From: Eubacterium sp.
GTDB lineage: Bacteria > Bacillota > Clostridia > Oscillospirales > Acutalibacteraceae
Direction of reading: 5' to 3'
DNA: 41,315 nucleotides
Assembly (NCBI GenBank): GCA_029050995.1
Contig: JAIDLO010000169.1
Span: 1 to 41,315, forward strand
Positions 10,801 to 25,800 of the stretch are shown in pieces. Within the stretch, counting starts at the first letter, position 1; the number at the start of each line of letters is the position of its first letter. The notes beneath the pieces were generated by a model. That model ran no database searches. It was given only the letters and a program-made list of their open reading frames with translations, and was not told where the DNA came from. The translations under genes were made by a program, and so were the position numbers.

Positions 10801-13800
10801 TTGGTATAAGAAAGACAATGATGCTACAAAGTATCAGTTTGAAATAACAGGTCGTTTCTATAAAGAGGGTAAGGTTACTGCTACTGCTGAATCAACCATC
10901 AATGTTGGTAATCAGATTAGTGACAGAGAATATGCAAAAGCAAAGGATAGAACACAGGATACTAAGAATGTTCCTGAAGGTCAGAGATCCCCATGGTCTT
11001 ATACAAATTATTATCTTCATCATTGGCCTGTAACTCGTGGCTGGTCTTACAATGAATGGGAGCCTTCAGATGCTTCTCATATGTTCTCCCGAGCAAATGT
11101 TTTTGTATATCAGGAGGCAAATTATATTGCAAAGGGTGTTCATAAGAGCACTTCAACAAAGCAGGATCTTAATTGTACTTTCTCATCGTATAATGAATTT
11201 GCCGTAAGCTTCTATCAAGGTATCAGGCAGCATAATAACAATTCAAATCATCACGATTATCTTGCCGGCTCAGGAACAAGCTGGTGTTATCAGGATGCTT
11301 TTGATTGGTTAGGTATGCATGCTTATACTGATAAGGTTGTTCTTGAAGATACGCTTCCTTATGTCAGAACAGATGATGAAGCCGGTTATTATGGCTTCTT
11401 AACGCAGAGGATATACATTTCTCCTAAAGTATATAAGTATATAGATTATATTGAGCTGTTCAAGCAAACAAACGGAAGCGATTCGGGTACTGTAGTTCTT
11501 CATAAAGACGATTTTGCCGGTACAGCAACAGTAACTGCTTCTCCATCAGGTCTTTCGGGTAATGACGAAGGCGTTACACATAATGATTTCTATCTTATTT
11601 CGCTTATTTATCCGGATTCAACAGATACGGATCCTAAAGATAATGGATATCATCTTGTTCTTGGCGAGAATGAATTTGTTACGAAGTATAAGATTCATTT
11701 AAAGGATTTGCCGGGCGATGTTGATTACGCTTCTGAGCTTGCAGGCAGAACAGATTTGCTTGATGCTGATAACCATAATGATGCTGCAACACCTGATGTA
11801 TATGTAGGCGGCGGAGTTTATCGTATAAAAAATGATAATATTGTCGATAGAGATTACAACTCTATGAATGCAACATCTTATACTGATGCTACTCCAATAG
11901 CTTACTTTACTTCCGGTCCGGATAAAGCTTTATTAAATGCTTATCGTGTTCCATTCCAGGGCGGATATTTAATCCATGAAACCTCAAAATCTGATCATAT
12001 TATTTATGATTATGAAACCGCCAATGGTGCAAAGCAGAATATTGAGCCCAATGTAGCTGCTTTTGAAATTAAGGTTTGGAACCGACCTGATAATGGTCAG
12101 GAAGCAGGCCGTTCTGCAAATATTGATAGTGCAACAGTTACTGCATCTATGCATACCTATTATAGATTAAGTCATATCTATATCCCTGCAGAGTTTATTA
12201 CGGGTAAATGGTTTAATGTAGAGTCATTAGTTCTCAATTATGGTGCCGGCAGCAGTATTACTTATGATCTTAACAAGTTGATTGCTTCTAAGTATTTTGC
12301 TTTGGATCCATCGGATTCATCACGATATGTGTTTGATCTTTATCTCTTTGTTAAAGACAATTTGGGTGCCTTTAATGTAGCTTCAGCGAATAATTATGTA
12401 AAAGGCGATAAATACTATCAGGCATATATTAGTTCATTTAAGATTAAACTTACCGCTTGTGACAAGAAGAATAATCCTCTTGATGGTGGGGAATTCCTTA
12501 ATCCGAACAGAGAATCACTTGTTGGTACGAATGCAAAAACTCCTGCTCAGGCTCAGCCAACAATTACATATGATGGTGTTTATGTAGACAGAACTGATGC
12601 AGATATTAAGAGTAATAGCTGGACTAAGAAGTCCAAGCCAACGGTAATTAATCCTGCGAATACATATGTAAATGATACTGCATATTATAATACGCTTTCA
12701 TTGCAGTTCACTTCTCCTGATCGTGATGCTGAACCATATAATACGAATAAGTTGTCCGGTACTGTTGACAGAGATTATTATTACGTGCGCAATATTGTAT
12801 CAACAATGCTTGTTGATTTAAAACGCACAACGGAATTGAAAGATGGTTCTAAAACATTTGCTTATGATGTAGATAATAACTCTTATGCAAAGGGCTTATT
12901 AGATGATAAAGGCAATAAGGTTATTGCTGTTGATTCCGGTCATTTACTTCCTGATGATTATATTGAATATCAATTATCAATAGGAACAGCTTCTGATGCA
13001 ATGATTCCGCTTTATCGCCCGGGTGCTCGTATGATTGTACCGCAGGGTCAAAGAATTGTTGGTTGGTATGTTCTTTCCAATGATACAAAGAACTTCACGA
13101 ATGATGATATTACAGCAACAGTTAAGGATGCTGCCGCAAATAAAGTAGCTGTTGAAAAAGGAAAGTACTACAGTCTGAGGAGTGCTTCAGGTGCAGATAC
13201 CGAAACCCTTTACAGACAGATTGATTTTGCTTTCGGCAGTGCTTCCGGTACGGTTGAAGAAAATCAAATGCTTCAGGGCGAAAAAGCAGTTCTTGTTGTT
13301 GTTACGCAGCTTACTGATGAATTATCTCCATTTGAAGGCAAAACATTAAATCCAACTGTTTACGCTTATTCTCATCCGGAGCATACATATTCTCAGTACA
13401 GAATTGATCATATGCTTCAGGATGCTTCAGGAGCTTTGAAAAGTGACAGCAGTTCGTCTAATGTTTCTTCTGAATATACCTATTATGGTTCAGGAACAGG
13501 CGAATCATATTATCGCTATTCAACTAAACTTGATGCAAATCCTGTTTTCGGCGAATATCAGAATGAGAATACTTATCTTACTGATATAAGAAGCAGCCAG
13601 ACATTTTACAGAAATCCATATAACCTTTCTCTTAGCGCAAGGTATGATACAAGCCGCTATTATGATGAAATGCCAATGACATTTAATATGGGCTCAACCG
13701 CAAGTCAGGGTTATATGATAAATGATACCTATCATTCACTTGAAAGTGCTGTATTTACAGTATCATTCCTGTCTGCTGCTAACGGCAGATTGTATAAAGG

Positions 13801-16800
13801 CTTTGATTTAACTCAAAAGGCTGAATTCCCTTATCCTGAAAATGTTGATCAGCATAAGGGCGAAACAGCAAGCGCTGAATACTGCTATTTTGTTGATTCC
13901 TCTGATAATGTTATCGGAACAGATATCGGTATCTATGAAACCACTGCTCCGCAAACTGAAAAGTGGATTTCTGAAGAATTTGTTGTTGAATCCTTTGATG
14001 GATTAACAGATGAGCAGATTGCAAGCGGTAAATACTATTTGCTTAAAGATGCTGTAAAAGTTCGCTGGACATATTATGATATTCCTGCCGGTTCAGCTGC
14101 AGATCCTATTGTGTTTATTCCAAAGGATAATCCGTATGTTCTTAAAGGACATGGCAGATATCGTGATATTAGAACAGATGCTCAAAAGAAAAATACCGCA
14201 GTTAATGATATATTCACAATTACATTCAGCGGCGATTTTTCATACACGCATAAGCATAGCGAGGTTGTTGAAAATACTGTAGCAAATGTTACAGGAGATA
14301 AAACCTTTAGTGAGAAGATGTCATTTAAGGGTTCAGGTTCATATACAATTAATATTGTAAGAGAGCGTCCTATTTTAACTCTTCATACGCAGATTTTTGA
14401 TGATGAAGCAAAAGCTGAAGCACCATATAATGCAAATGTTGCTCAGCTTAAGGGTTATCGTCCGGGCGATAAGATTTGGTATAAATCTACAGTTAAGAAT
14501 ATTGAACGAACCTTTAACTATAGTGGCACAAATTATAAGGTAATGGGTGCTTTGTTAGATCCTGTTATCTATGATAAGCTTCCGGAGTATATTACTACCG
14601 GATTAAGCAAGGATAATATCAAAATTGTTTGGTATGATGCTGAGGGTAATGCTAAACCTGCAAGTGAAATTCCTGACTATGAAATTATCCAAAGAAAAAT
14701 TGAATCACCTGATTTCGGCGGAGATATGGTTACATCAAAGAGCGATACCGATGGTATCGGTTCAAGCCCATTTGCATCAGGTCATATGTTTGCCGATATA
14801 AATCTTAATGAGTCAAAGGGTAATACGGACTCAACTGATATTAATTACAATGTATATGCAATTCAGTTTGAAAAAGGCTCTCGTCTTGAAATCGGTGAAC
14901 GCATTGAGGTTTATTATGAAGCTCAGATAAGATATGAGGATCTTCCTCTTGCTTATACAACAAGAGCTTGTGATGGTGGTTCTAAAACATTTGTAGACTA
15001 TTATCCAAAAATGAGTGAGTATTATCAGGCTTCCGCATATTACTCAACGCCTTTCAAATCATATCCTTATATAGGCGATATGAATTATTCAGGTGGATAT
15101 GGTTCATTAACTCAGTTCAAGAATGCTAATGTTATGATGGATATGAATTATCTGTATCATGATGTTGGCGTAAGCGGAACAAGAAATAAGAATATTGACA
15201 GATACGATTATCTTAAGGATTCCTTCGTTTATATGCCGGGTACAAGCAGCAATGACGATAATTACGGTGGAAAAAACGGAATTCTTAAAGATTATGATGT
15301 TAATATTGATTCAATTCAACAGTCAACAATTTATTCTCCAAGATATTCAGATGATTTATATGGTCATCTTAATGATATGCTTCCAACGACTAAGTTCTAT
15401 GTAGATGGTTCAGGATATGGTCGTGATTGGTACAATCTTATGATGTCCTACAGGGAGAAAAGTGCTGATTGGCAGAATGTTGATGTACATGAAGATGCTG
15501 TTATCTGGGCTGAGTCAAGAATACATTTACAGACAGCTTGGCTTGCTACAAGCTCACAGATAATTAGCAACGATAAGGATTATCAGGCTTCAACGGAATA
15601 TCTGCCTACTGTTTTCCATAATACAAAGATGGATACACAGCACGAACCATGCGATACTTACAGTTGGCATAATATCTATTCAAGTATTTTAAATGACGAT
15701 AGTATTACTGCTCTGGAATATGATCAGTATTTCACATCTCGTCTTGGTGCATATAACTATGGCGACTGGGATTTAACAAGTGGTATTGAATTCTACTATG
15801 TAATGCCGCAGGGTATCGAGCCTACGCTTAAGGCTGATAATAAAACGCCTGATTTCAGTAATGTTAAAGCATACATTATGAACGGTGGAACATCCAATGC
15901 ACCTCAGTATGAAGAAATTAATGAGGATTTAGTAGATATTTCAGTTGTTCAGACGCCTTATGACAGCACTATAAATTATCTTACTCCTCAGATTATGCAG
16001 GATCCTATTCTTAGTGATTCAACAATGAACAGAACAGGGGACAGCTATGTAGGTAAGGATTCTTACTATTCTGCGGATGAGCATAAATCATGGGTATTTA
16101 AGGTTACTGTTAAGAAAACCTTGGGTAAGTGGTTTAACCGTGGTTCAAACACCGGTTATATGATGCTTGTTGATATTCCTTCTCATGTATATGCAACGCC
16201 AAAGGATGAATATTGGTATGATGAGGTTATGGCTAAACCTCTTGATACATCAGATCAGGATAGCCTTTATTATCAGATTTTTGATACAACCACGCTTTGG
16301 GGTAATAACTATCTTCCTAAGATGCCGGCTGCATCTCGTGCAAGTTCTCAGTATGGCGGTATGGATTATCTTTGGAACAGCTACTACTATTATTCTGGTT
16401 CTGGAAATGCTGGTTGTAACGGAAACTTCTATTTTGTAAATGGTTCTCCGAATATGCCATATATCAATGGTATGAATGTTTCAAACCGCGAGGTTACAGC
16501 TCAAGGTGAAATCTTTGACAGCGGTAAAGATAATTTCTCAAGCGGAGTACGCAATACCTTTGCAAGCACAGGTACCCGTGCACATATGAGAAAGCCGTTC
16601 ATTAGAACATGGACTACTGTTGGTAAAGATAATATTGATGGTTATAACGCAAAAGACTATTATGTTGATGCACAGGGCGATACCTCAACACTTAATATTC
16701 ATGTTGAAAATAAGTATTGGCTTAATACACTAGCTGTTGATTATGTATCCTATTATGGTTCAAGAACACCTTATAGGGTATATCATAAGTATGCTACAGA

Positions 16801-19800
16801 TGGTGGTAATAAAGGTACGCTTTATTATCCTGTGGTAACAGATATTCTTCCTGCAGGAATTGTTCCTAAGGATACAAACGGAGATTTGTTTACAAAGGAT
16901 AATGATTATAATGCAACAAAAGAGCTTGCTTGGACTTTGTATGGTGCTGATTACAGTGGTAATACAAGATCAGCAATTGAAGCTCTTGATGATGAAAAAG
17001 CACTTTATTCTGCAAAGGTTGAATATATTGAGCTTGATTGCGAGGATGAATCTACTGAAGGCAGATATATGGTAACCTTCTGGCAGAAGGATACCGATAT
17101 CAGATTAGCTGATAAGGCTAAGATTTCTTCTGAATCTTCCCGTGTATTCTCATTTGATTTCTTTACGCAAAATGGTCCTGACGATTTAACGGAAGATTTC
17201 GAATCGAATACAGATTTACTTGATCAGTACCAGTCAAATAAAACCTTTGTTTCAAGTGAGCTTGAGAACTTTAAGTTTATCATTGATTCTGAAACATATA
17301 GTGGAGAGGGACATAATCCATACTATGTTGGTCAAAGAAGAGTTACTAACTATAATGGAACTAGTGTAAGCGATCCACGCTATGATATTTCCGGTACGCA
17401 ACAGATAAATAACGGAAATACGCTTCCGCTTATTTATGTTTCAAATTCAAATAAATCTCTTGTTCATTTTACAAATGAAGCAATAGATGCAACTGTTGAT
17501 AAGGGCGATCTCCGTTACTTTGCAGATAACGGAAAGCTGATGATTAAGAAAAATTATAGCAACGCTACCGAAGAACTTAATTTTGAAGATTATTATGATA
17601 TCAGACAGGATGTTAGAATAAATTCTGCTGATATTGATAAGCTTGATGCGCATAATCCAACAGGGGATATCGGTGTATATACAAGCAACAGAATTAGATG
17701 TACTCGTCCAAACATTGAGAATCAAACCTTTGTTTCTTATGATCCGGCTTTAGATTTGGATGATTTGGGCAAGCGTTCACCAAATGGCTTAAAGGGTGAT
17801 TATGAATATTATCCTGATGAAACAACGCATGTTAATTACATGGATAACCTCTACTATAATATTAAGATTGATAATCCTAAGGATAAAACGGATTATTATA
17901 ATAGAGGAAATATTGCTCATGGAATTATAAGAGTTACAGCAGTATTACCTTCCATATTATCATTTACTGGTAGTTACTATAAAGACGATTCAATATTGAA
18001 TGAAAGCTTGTACCTTATTTATAAGGATAGTGACGGAAATGTTACCGAGATGAGAAGTCTCAGTGATTTGTATGATAATGGATATACTTTGAATATTATC
18101 AGTGACAGCCGTAATGCTGATGGAAATGAAGTTCTTGTATTTGAAATCATTACAGCAGGCGATTACAATGATCCTGATGCTGAACCAACATATTCCGATT
18201 TTGTTCATGGCAAGCATCTTCCGGGTTACTTTGGTGCTGATGAAACTTTAGTTCTTGGTATTAAAACGCTTGTTACAAATAATATCTTCCCGCCTTCCTC
18301 TGTTATGACAGGAGATCGTTATTGGGATAATGAATTAAAAGCAGATTCATATGTTACATTTGATGATATTACAGGTTCTTATCTTACAAGTTATGATGAT
18401 GAAGCTTTTGAGGAAAATCTTGATTATTTAGATGATGCAAGAATTATCTATACCAGACCTACCGAGGATAACATATATGATGATATCGACTGGGACTGCG
18501 ATACTGATTTCAATGATAGTTATGCCCAGGATGTTTCAGCGGTTATAACACTTCTGAAACCGCACGCAGTTGTTCGTCTTGATACTTCAGTACAGCGTAT
18601 TGAAGTAATTAATCCAGACTTGTTGGGTAATATGAAGCGTGCAGTTGATGATCCAACGGTTAAAGGTTCTTCAAGAACTGCTGTATATCTTGATCAAGTT
18701 GTAAATGATGGCAGCTCTGTTCGCAGCTTCTTTGTGGATTATCGTGTTCCGTTCAGAGGAACCGTTGAAGGAACAAGAGAAGAAGCTCCTGTAACAGCCG
18801 ATTGGATTCCAAATCGTTTATATGCAGTCGGAACAGGTAAATGGGAAATTCCTGAAAGTGCAGGTAGTGAAGAATACCGAGAAGCACTTAAAGAAAAACT
18901 CAGAGTTAAAGTTTATGCAATGTTCGTTGAAGATCCAAAGCTTACTGATGATGGCTATGAAGATGCTGATGTATCTTATGAAGGAATCAATAATCTTTGG
19001 GAAGGCGATTGGATTAATTTAACAGAGCTTCATAATAAGAAAACTCTTGGAATTAATTCAGACAGTGTTCCGATTTATGAAAACAGCATTATTGATATTA
19101 CATCAGTATTTGATGAATTGCCGGGAACTGTTTATCAGCTTCGTTATGTTATCGAATCTGATGATCCTGAATATATTGTTCCGCATGGCTTCAGACTTGC
19201 TGTTGATGCTGATGATGATTCAGATAATGGCAGTCAGGAAATGGATGAAATCGATCCTAACCGTGAAAATGTTAATCCGCTTCCTGAATCTGTAACATCT
19301 GATATTGTTTATAATACAGATGGAACAGTTAATTATGGCGAAACTCGAGTAGGAAATGCAGCATTTGTTGTTACTACAATGACAAATATGCATCCTCGTA
19401 AGAGACATGTAAACTTCTTTGCTTCGGCAATGGCACATTATGATGAAACTGCAAGTCATAAAGCTGTTATTTCAGAGCGTGATCGTGCAGGTTACTACAT
19501 CACACGAGAATTGCCTGTTCTTGAAACAGACTTGTCTGCTCAATACTTCAAGAATAGTCCGAATTTAGATCCTGAAACAGGAGAAGAACTCAACTGGAGC
19601 TTCAAGTGGGATAACGATATCCTTATCAGCTCATCCAGCCATATGCTTAAGTTCTCATCTTCTTTGCGTAACCTTTCTCAGGCAGCAATAGATGAAACGA
19701 ATATTAAGAATACGAAGCAGGATACAGCAACTAATGTTCAGATGTCTGTTGTTCTTCCGTTTATTCAGGATATTGATTCAACGATTGAATCACAAGATGA

Positions 19801-22800
19801 GAATTCTATTGAATATAAGAATTATAAGTATGTTGAATATGGTTCTGATGCTTGGAAGAATTCAATTGATAAGGATTATGAATCTCCAAAAGCTTTCCCA
19901 GGAAACTTTACACCTGTATGGACATGGCATGTTGAAAATGAAGACGGCGAGGTTATTAATTCTCAGATAGACAGCGTTGCACTTGTTATGGAAGATAAGA
20001 TTACGGATATCACAAACACGCGTGAACGCCGTGTATTAACCTTCTCTTCAGAAGGTGTTCTGAATCCAGGAGAAAAGATTCTTATTGATCTTATGCTTCC
20101 TATATCAACAAACTATTCAGGTATAGTAAGTGAAGACTTAATGAACTGTAAGAACTTCGGTTTCAAATCCGGTGCATTTGTTCCTTATATTCCGCAGGTT
20201 GAGGCTTCATCCAAAACCTATGCTTATGAGGTTGATACCCGTGATGTAAACAGTAATGCAATCCGAAACAGTGAAAATACAGTTACAACTTCTATTTCTG
20301 TTATTTCATTCGTTTCCGAAGCCGCATTTAACCGTTCAAAGGTTTCCTTCTCTGAATATGGTTCAGGTAACAATGTAATGGGTAATGACTTCAAGAGACC
20401 TTCGCTTGTACCTGAAGGAACAAGGTATTCATTCCTTTCTTCCATTATTAATCCGGATACAGATCCGCAGTCATCGGGCTATAAACAGCCTGTAATTTAC
20501 GATGTGCTTCCGTTTGTCGGCGATACAACGCTTACACCGCAGGTTGGCGGCGTTGTAAAAGACAGAGGTTCTGATTGGAGAGGTTATTTACAGCTTGAAT
20601 CATTAGAAGTTATTTCTCAGATTGGCGTAAATAAAACAAAGCTTGTTAATAATAAGGATGTAGATATCTGGATTGGACCATTCAAGACAGATAATAAAGC
20701 AGTTGGCAAAATAAAAGAACTTGATATATCCGAATTACCAAGTACTGAACAAACTTCAGATACCGAGTTCTATAAAGTTCTCCGTTCAAGCACTGCAGAA
20801 AAGCAAAAGTATTTTGTTAAATTAACGGACCTTCTGAGCCTTAAGGCATCAAATAAAGATAGATTTGAAGAGCTCCAGAAGCATGCTCAGGCAATTTATG
20901 TTGAGCCTAAAGCAAGTTATCATTTAACACCGAATACAATGCTTTCCGTATCTTATGAATTAAAGGCTCCGTTGAATTTACCGCTCTTTAATGGTTATTC
21001 TCCTGAAGATACCAGTGAAACACTTGTCGCAGATGTAGCAGATGTTGACGGCTGGAATACATTTACCGCTCAGACAGAAGACAGACCGGTAACTGAATCT
21101 CCTGAAGCAGGTGTTTATATTGCTGCTCCTGCTGATAAGGGTTATATCGGTCACTATGTATGGCTTGATGAAAGCTATAATGCTGAATTCTTCGATGAAG
21201 CTGATTACTATCAGAGAAACGGAGAAGGTAGATGGATTCTTGATAAGGCAACAAAGGATCTTAATTATGATGGTAAAATTGATGATCCGGGTATCAATGA
21301 TGTAAAGGTTGAGCTTCTTTCAGCAAGTGGTTATCCTGTAAATAAATTAGGCGAACCTGTTGTTGAAGTAGACGGCAGATATTGTATTATTGATGAAAAA
21401 ACAGGCTTGTTAAAGCGTGATACAGCGAATAACCTTGTGTACACAACATTAGGTCCTGTATCATACACAACAGAAAAGGATGCTTATGGTAATGATGGTT
21501 ACTTCATTATCTCAAACATCACGCCTGGTAATTATAAGTTAAGATATACTTTCCCTGAAGGTGAGTATGATAAGTATGCGATTACCACACGCAGAATAGG
21601 ACAATCAAAAGTACCTATGACAGTTTATCGTCCGGGTAGAGATTCACTTCCTAATTTAGGAAATGCAGGAAAGGGCGATGAACCAAGTGATGGAGCAGCA
21701 GTTAAGTCTCTTGTAATCCAGACGGATTCAGCAATCCGTATTGACGCTATCGGAACAGATCCAAGCAAATATGCCGCTTATGATGAAAAGATGACATCTT
21801 ATGATCTTGGTGTTGCACCTTCATTCGCTTATGGTGGTTATGCATGGAGAGAAATCAGCAGCCAGATTAATGGTTTGAAGGATAGCGCAGATGCAGCAAC
21901 CGGCTTTAGAAAAGAAAATGGTATTAAGGATATACTTATTGCAATTTATGAAGTTGTTGAAAATCCTGATGCAGTAGATGAATTAGATAAGTATGACTAC
22001 AGATATGCTTATGATGCAGACGGAAAGCAGATTACCGGTAGATTTAGTCTTCCTGGAGATACGCAGGCGACTTCAGAACGCAAAAAAACATATCTCAGAA
22101 CGGATGCTGATGGTTACTTTAAAACGACTCTTTATCCGTATAAGAGCTATATTGCAGTAGCTTATCATGAAGATTCTCTTGCTCCGTCTCCTGTTACATT
22201 GAGCTCCTATCCGCTTAAATTTGAGCTTGATAATGATATGTCCTACAATAGTTTGATGGACAGAGATACAACTTCCGTATTTGCAGCTGATCCTACAAAT
22301 GATGAATACGATATGGGTAAGTGTGTCAATGGACAGTATGGTACATACAACAGACTTGGTTTCGCATTCATAAGTACAGGTATCGGCTCTATCGGTAAAT
22401 ATGTTTTCATAGATGAAAACTATGATGGTATTAGATCTGAGTATATAGATGATGCCGGCTATATCGTTTCTGAGCACGGATTGGAAAATGTTCGTCTTGT
22501 GCTTGAAAGATGGTATTATAATCCTGCTGCTACAAAGAATAAGTGGGTTAAGGTTGGCGATGTAGCTGATACAGTCAGTGTAGGTAATGCTTACACCTTC
22601 GTAATTGATAATGATGATTTCTATTATACGGTTGATGATCCGGGAAGTACGAATTACGGAAAAACTTATGTTTGCGGATATAAGGTTAAGGTAGATATGG
22701 ATTCTGTTGATGAAGTATCGAAGAATACCGGAACGCAGTATGTTGCTACGAAATACCTTATGAATGATGGTGTTTCAGATAGTAACTTACCGCTTACTGG

Positions 22801-25800
22801 TGATCATTACCGTTATCTCAATGATGTTCCTGTTATTGCGAATGAAATTGTTGATGATTCAGATATTGATCCAAATAATCCGGAACAGGTTACAATTGAT
22901 GGCGTAACATATGATATGTCACGCGGAAGATCTGTTACCGATCTTGATGCAGGTTTTGCTACAGTTGATACAGCACACATCAAGGGTATTGTTTGGAACG
23001 ATAAAAACTATGATGGTATCAGAAATACAATTGCTGATGAAGATGGAAATATCGTTCCGCAGGAAAATGGTGTCGGCAATGTTGAGCTTCAGTTAATTCC
23101 ATATGTTTACCATAAGGATAGCAAGGGTGCTTTCAAATGGTATCCATTAACTGCCGAAGATCTTGCTGATCCGTCCTTGTATGATGAATACAACACAGTA
23201 ACAACAAAGTCAGATAGTGACGGCGTTTATGATTTCAGTGGTGTCAGACCAACAGCTGTTTTAAATGATGCACTGAAGAATGAGCTTTGTATTGTCGGTT
23301 ATAAGATTAAGGTTAACTCCAACATTACCGATATGGGATACGGAATCACAAAATATCTTACTAATGGTAAGGTTGATGACAGTGAACTTCGTGTTGATAA
23401 AAATGGTGTAATGGTTCTTAATTCGGATAATGATTATATCATTACAGCAAGAAAGACTGCGGAAGAAGACCTTGATTATGAATATGGTTCAGAAGATATT
23501 CATAAGGATACCAACCATAAGAATTTGCTTATCCAGAATCCGCTTGGTTACTTTGATGTGAATAAGGTAACGGATTATGAAGGCAACGATGCCGGTTTAG
23601 TTCAGTTCCAGAAGAATTCAGTTTCAGGCCGTGTTTGGGTTGATACGAATTATGATGGTATTATGAACGATACTGAATTAGGTATGGAAAACATCAAGCT
23701 TACAATCAAGAGATATTATCTTGAAAGCGGCGGTGCTGATCCAGAAGAGGGTATCGGAAACTGGGTTGAAGATACAACATTTAAATCTCCTACTGTAAAA
23801 TCTGACAAGGATGGTAACTATATCTTCAAGGATCTTCCGGCACAAATTTGTAAGAATGAAAACTATTATCTTGCCGGTTATAAGGTATTTGTAGTTGATC
23901 ATCCAGATATGTCTACTTATGCTATCACACTTTACAGAACCTATGACGAAAATCAGCGAGGCAGTGATCTTAAAGGTAAAGAACTCATTGAGGATAAAGA
24001 ATATGTTGTTTTAGCAAATCCTTGCGGAACATATAATCCGGCTTCTGTTGATACAACTGCCGGTTCAGAAGCAGGTGCTTATAAGAACTTATCCTATGTT
24101 GTTAAATATCAGGGAACCTACTATGATGTTGTAGCACCTAATCCAAAAACCGAATTGGATGCAGGATATACAGATTATAAGTATTCTGTAATCAAGGGTA
24201 ATGTATTTGAAGATGTCGATTATGATGGCTTATATGGTGATGATGACGCATTTACGGATGCGCTCAAGGAAGCAATCTATAATTCCTATGACGAAAAGGT
24301 TATCATTACCGCAACAGCGTTCTACTATGATCCTGACGCTGATGTTGAAACCGAAGAAGAAAAATGGAATGTATATTCTTTGATCAATGGCTTCAACTTT
24401 ATGCCGGAAACCTTTACGACTGAAGTAACTGTTGACAGCGATGGTTCATTTGAACTTGAGGTTCCAACCAAGTTTAATATTGGTGGTGTAAACTACCTTG
24501 CAGGTTATAAGCTGAATGTTAACATCATTCCTGATGAATTCCATGTTACGAAGTATCTTGTTAATAACGGAATTGATGATAATGTATTGAACAAGAATGA
24601 TGAAGGCGATTATTGGCTTACTAAAACATATCCTGGTGCTGAATATACAGGTACTTTCATGGAAGAGAAGGATGGCTATGTTATAGCTGCTGCTCCTTCA
24701 GATAATTCTGTAAGCTCAAATATTGTTGCCGGCTATGATATTGCAGGTACAAGAACACTTGAAGATTATAATATCGGTTATACAGCTCGTCAGGTAGCAT
24801 CTATTGCCGGTTATGTATACAAGGATGGTAACTATAACGGTAAATATGATTTCAGAAATCCTGATACACCTCTGACCGGTATAAGAATTGGTCTTAAGCG
24901 TTATGTCCTTAATGAAGAAACAAATACATGGGAAGATGCAAACAATGACCAAGAGTATTACAAAACGATCAGAACGGATAGAAACGGTTATTATGAATTC
25001 CTTGAACTTCCTACACATAGAGAAGCAGGCGAGTTTGGCGATATTCCGCTTCTTTACGGATATACTGTATGGTTAATTGAAATGCCAAAGGATGCAAATG
25101 GTAAACCTTTAGCTGCAACATATTATCAGTACAATCACGAGCGTTATGATAGTGCGCTTATTGCTGATACAATGCAGATTGTCAAGGATGATCAGGGCTA
25201 TAATGGTCCGGGCGAGTATTACAGTGATACAGACCGCATTACTATAATTGCTGATCCGGTTGATGAAGATGATTCACTTCAGTATATTGTTAGCGGTTAT
25301 AATATCGTACAGGGTATGTCAAGAAGAGCTTACTCAGTTGGTCTTGTTGATTATCAGAAGGCTTCTATTATCGGTAATGTATTTGATGATACCAATTACA
25401 GTGGTTTGATTGATGAAGAAAATCCAAAGTTTGATGACTTTGAAATCGGTCTGAAGCGTTATAAGTTGGTAGACGGAGAATGGCAGTCAGCTCAGCCGGA
25501 TGATGAAGAATATTTTGATGTTGTTTCAACGGATGCAAACGGCGATTATGTATTTGATAATCTTGATATTTACACTGAAGAGAATGATACCAATGTTCTT
25601 TATGGTTATGAACTCTATGTTGTTCATGCGCCGAAAGGCTTTGAAATAACAAAATATCAGGTAAATGACGGTGATAATGACAGCGCAGTTACGCTTGATA
25701 ATCAGATTATTAAACAGGATACCAGCCTTGATGAAATGTATGATGGTATGCTCGTTCTTGCTGATAAGAATGAAAAAGGCGTTGATCATACATACTTGAT

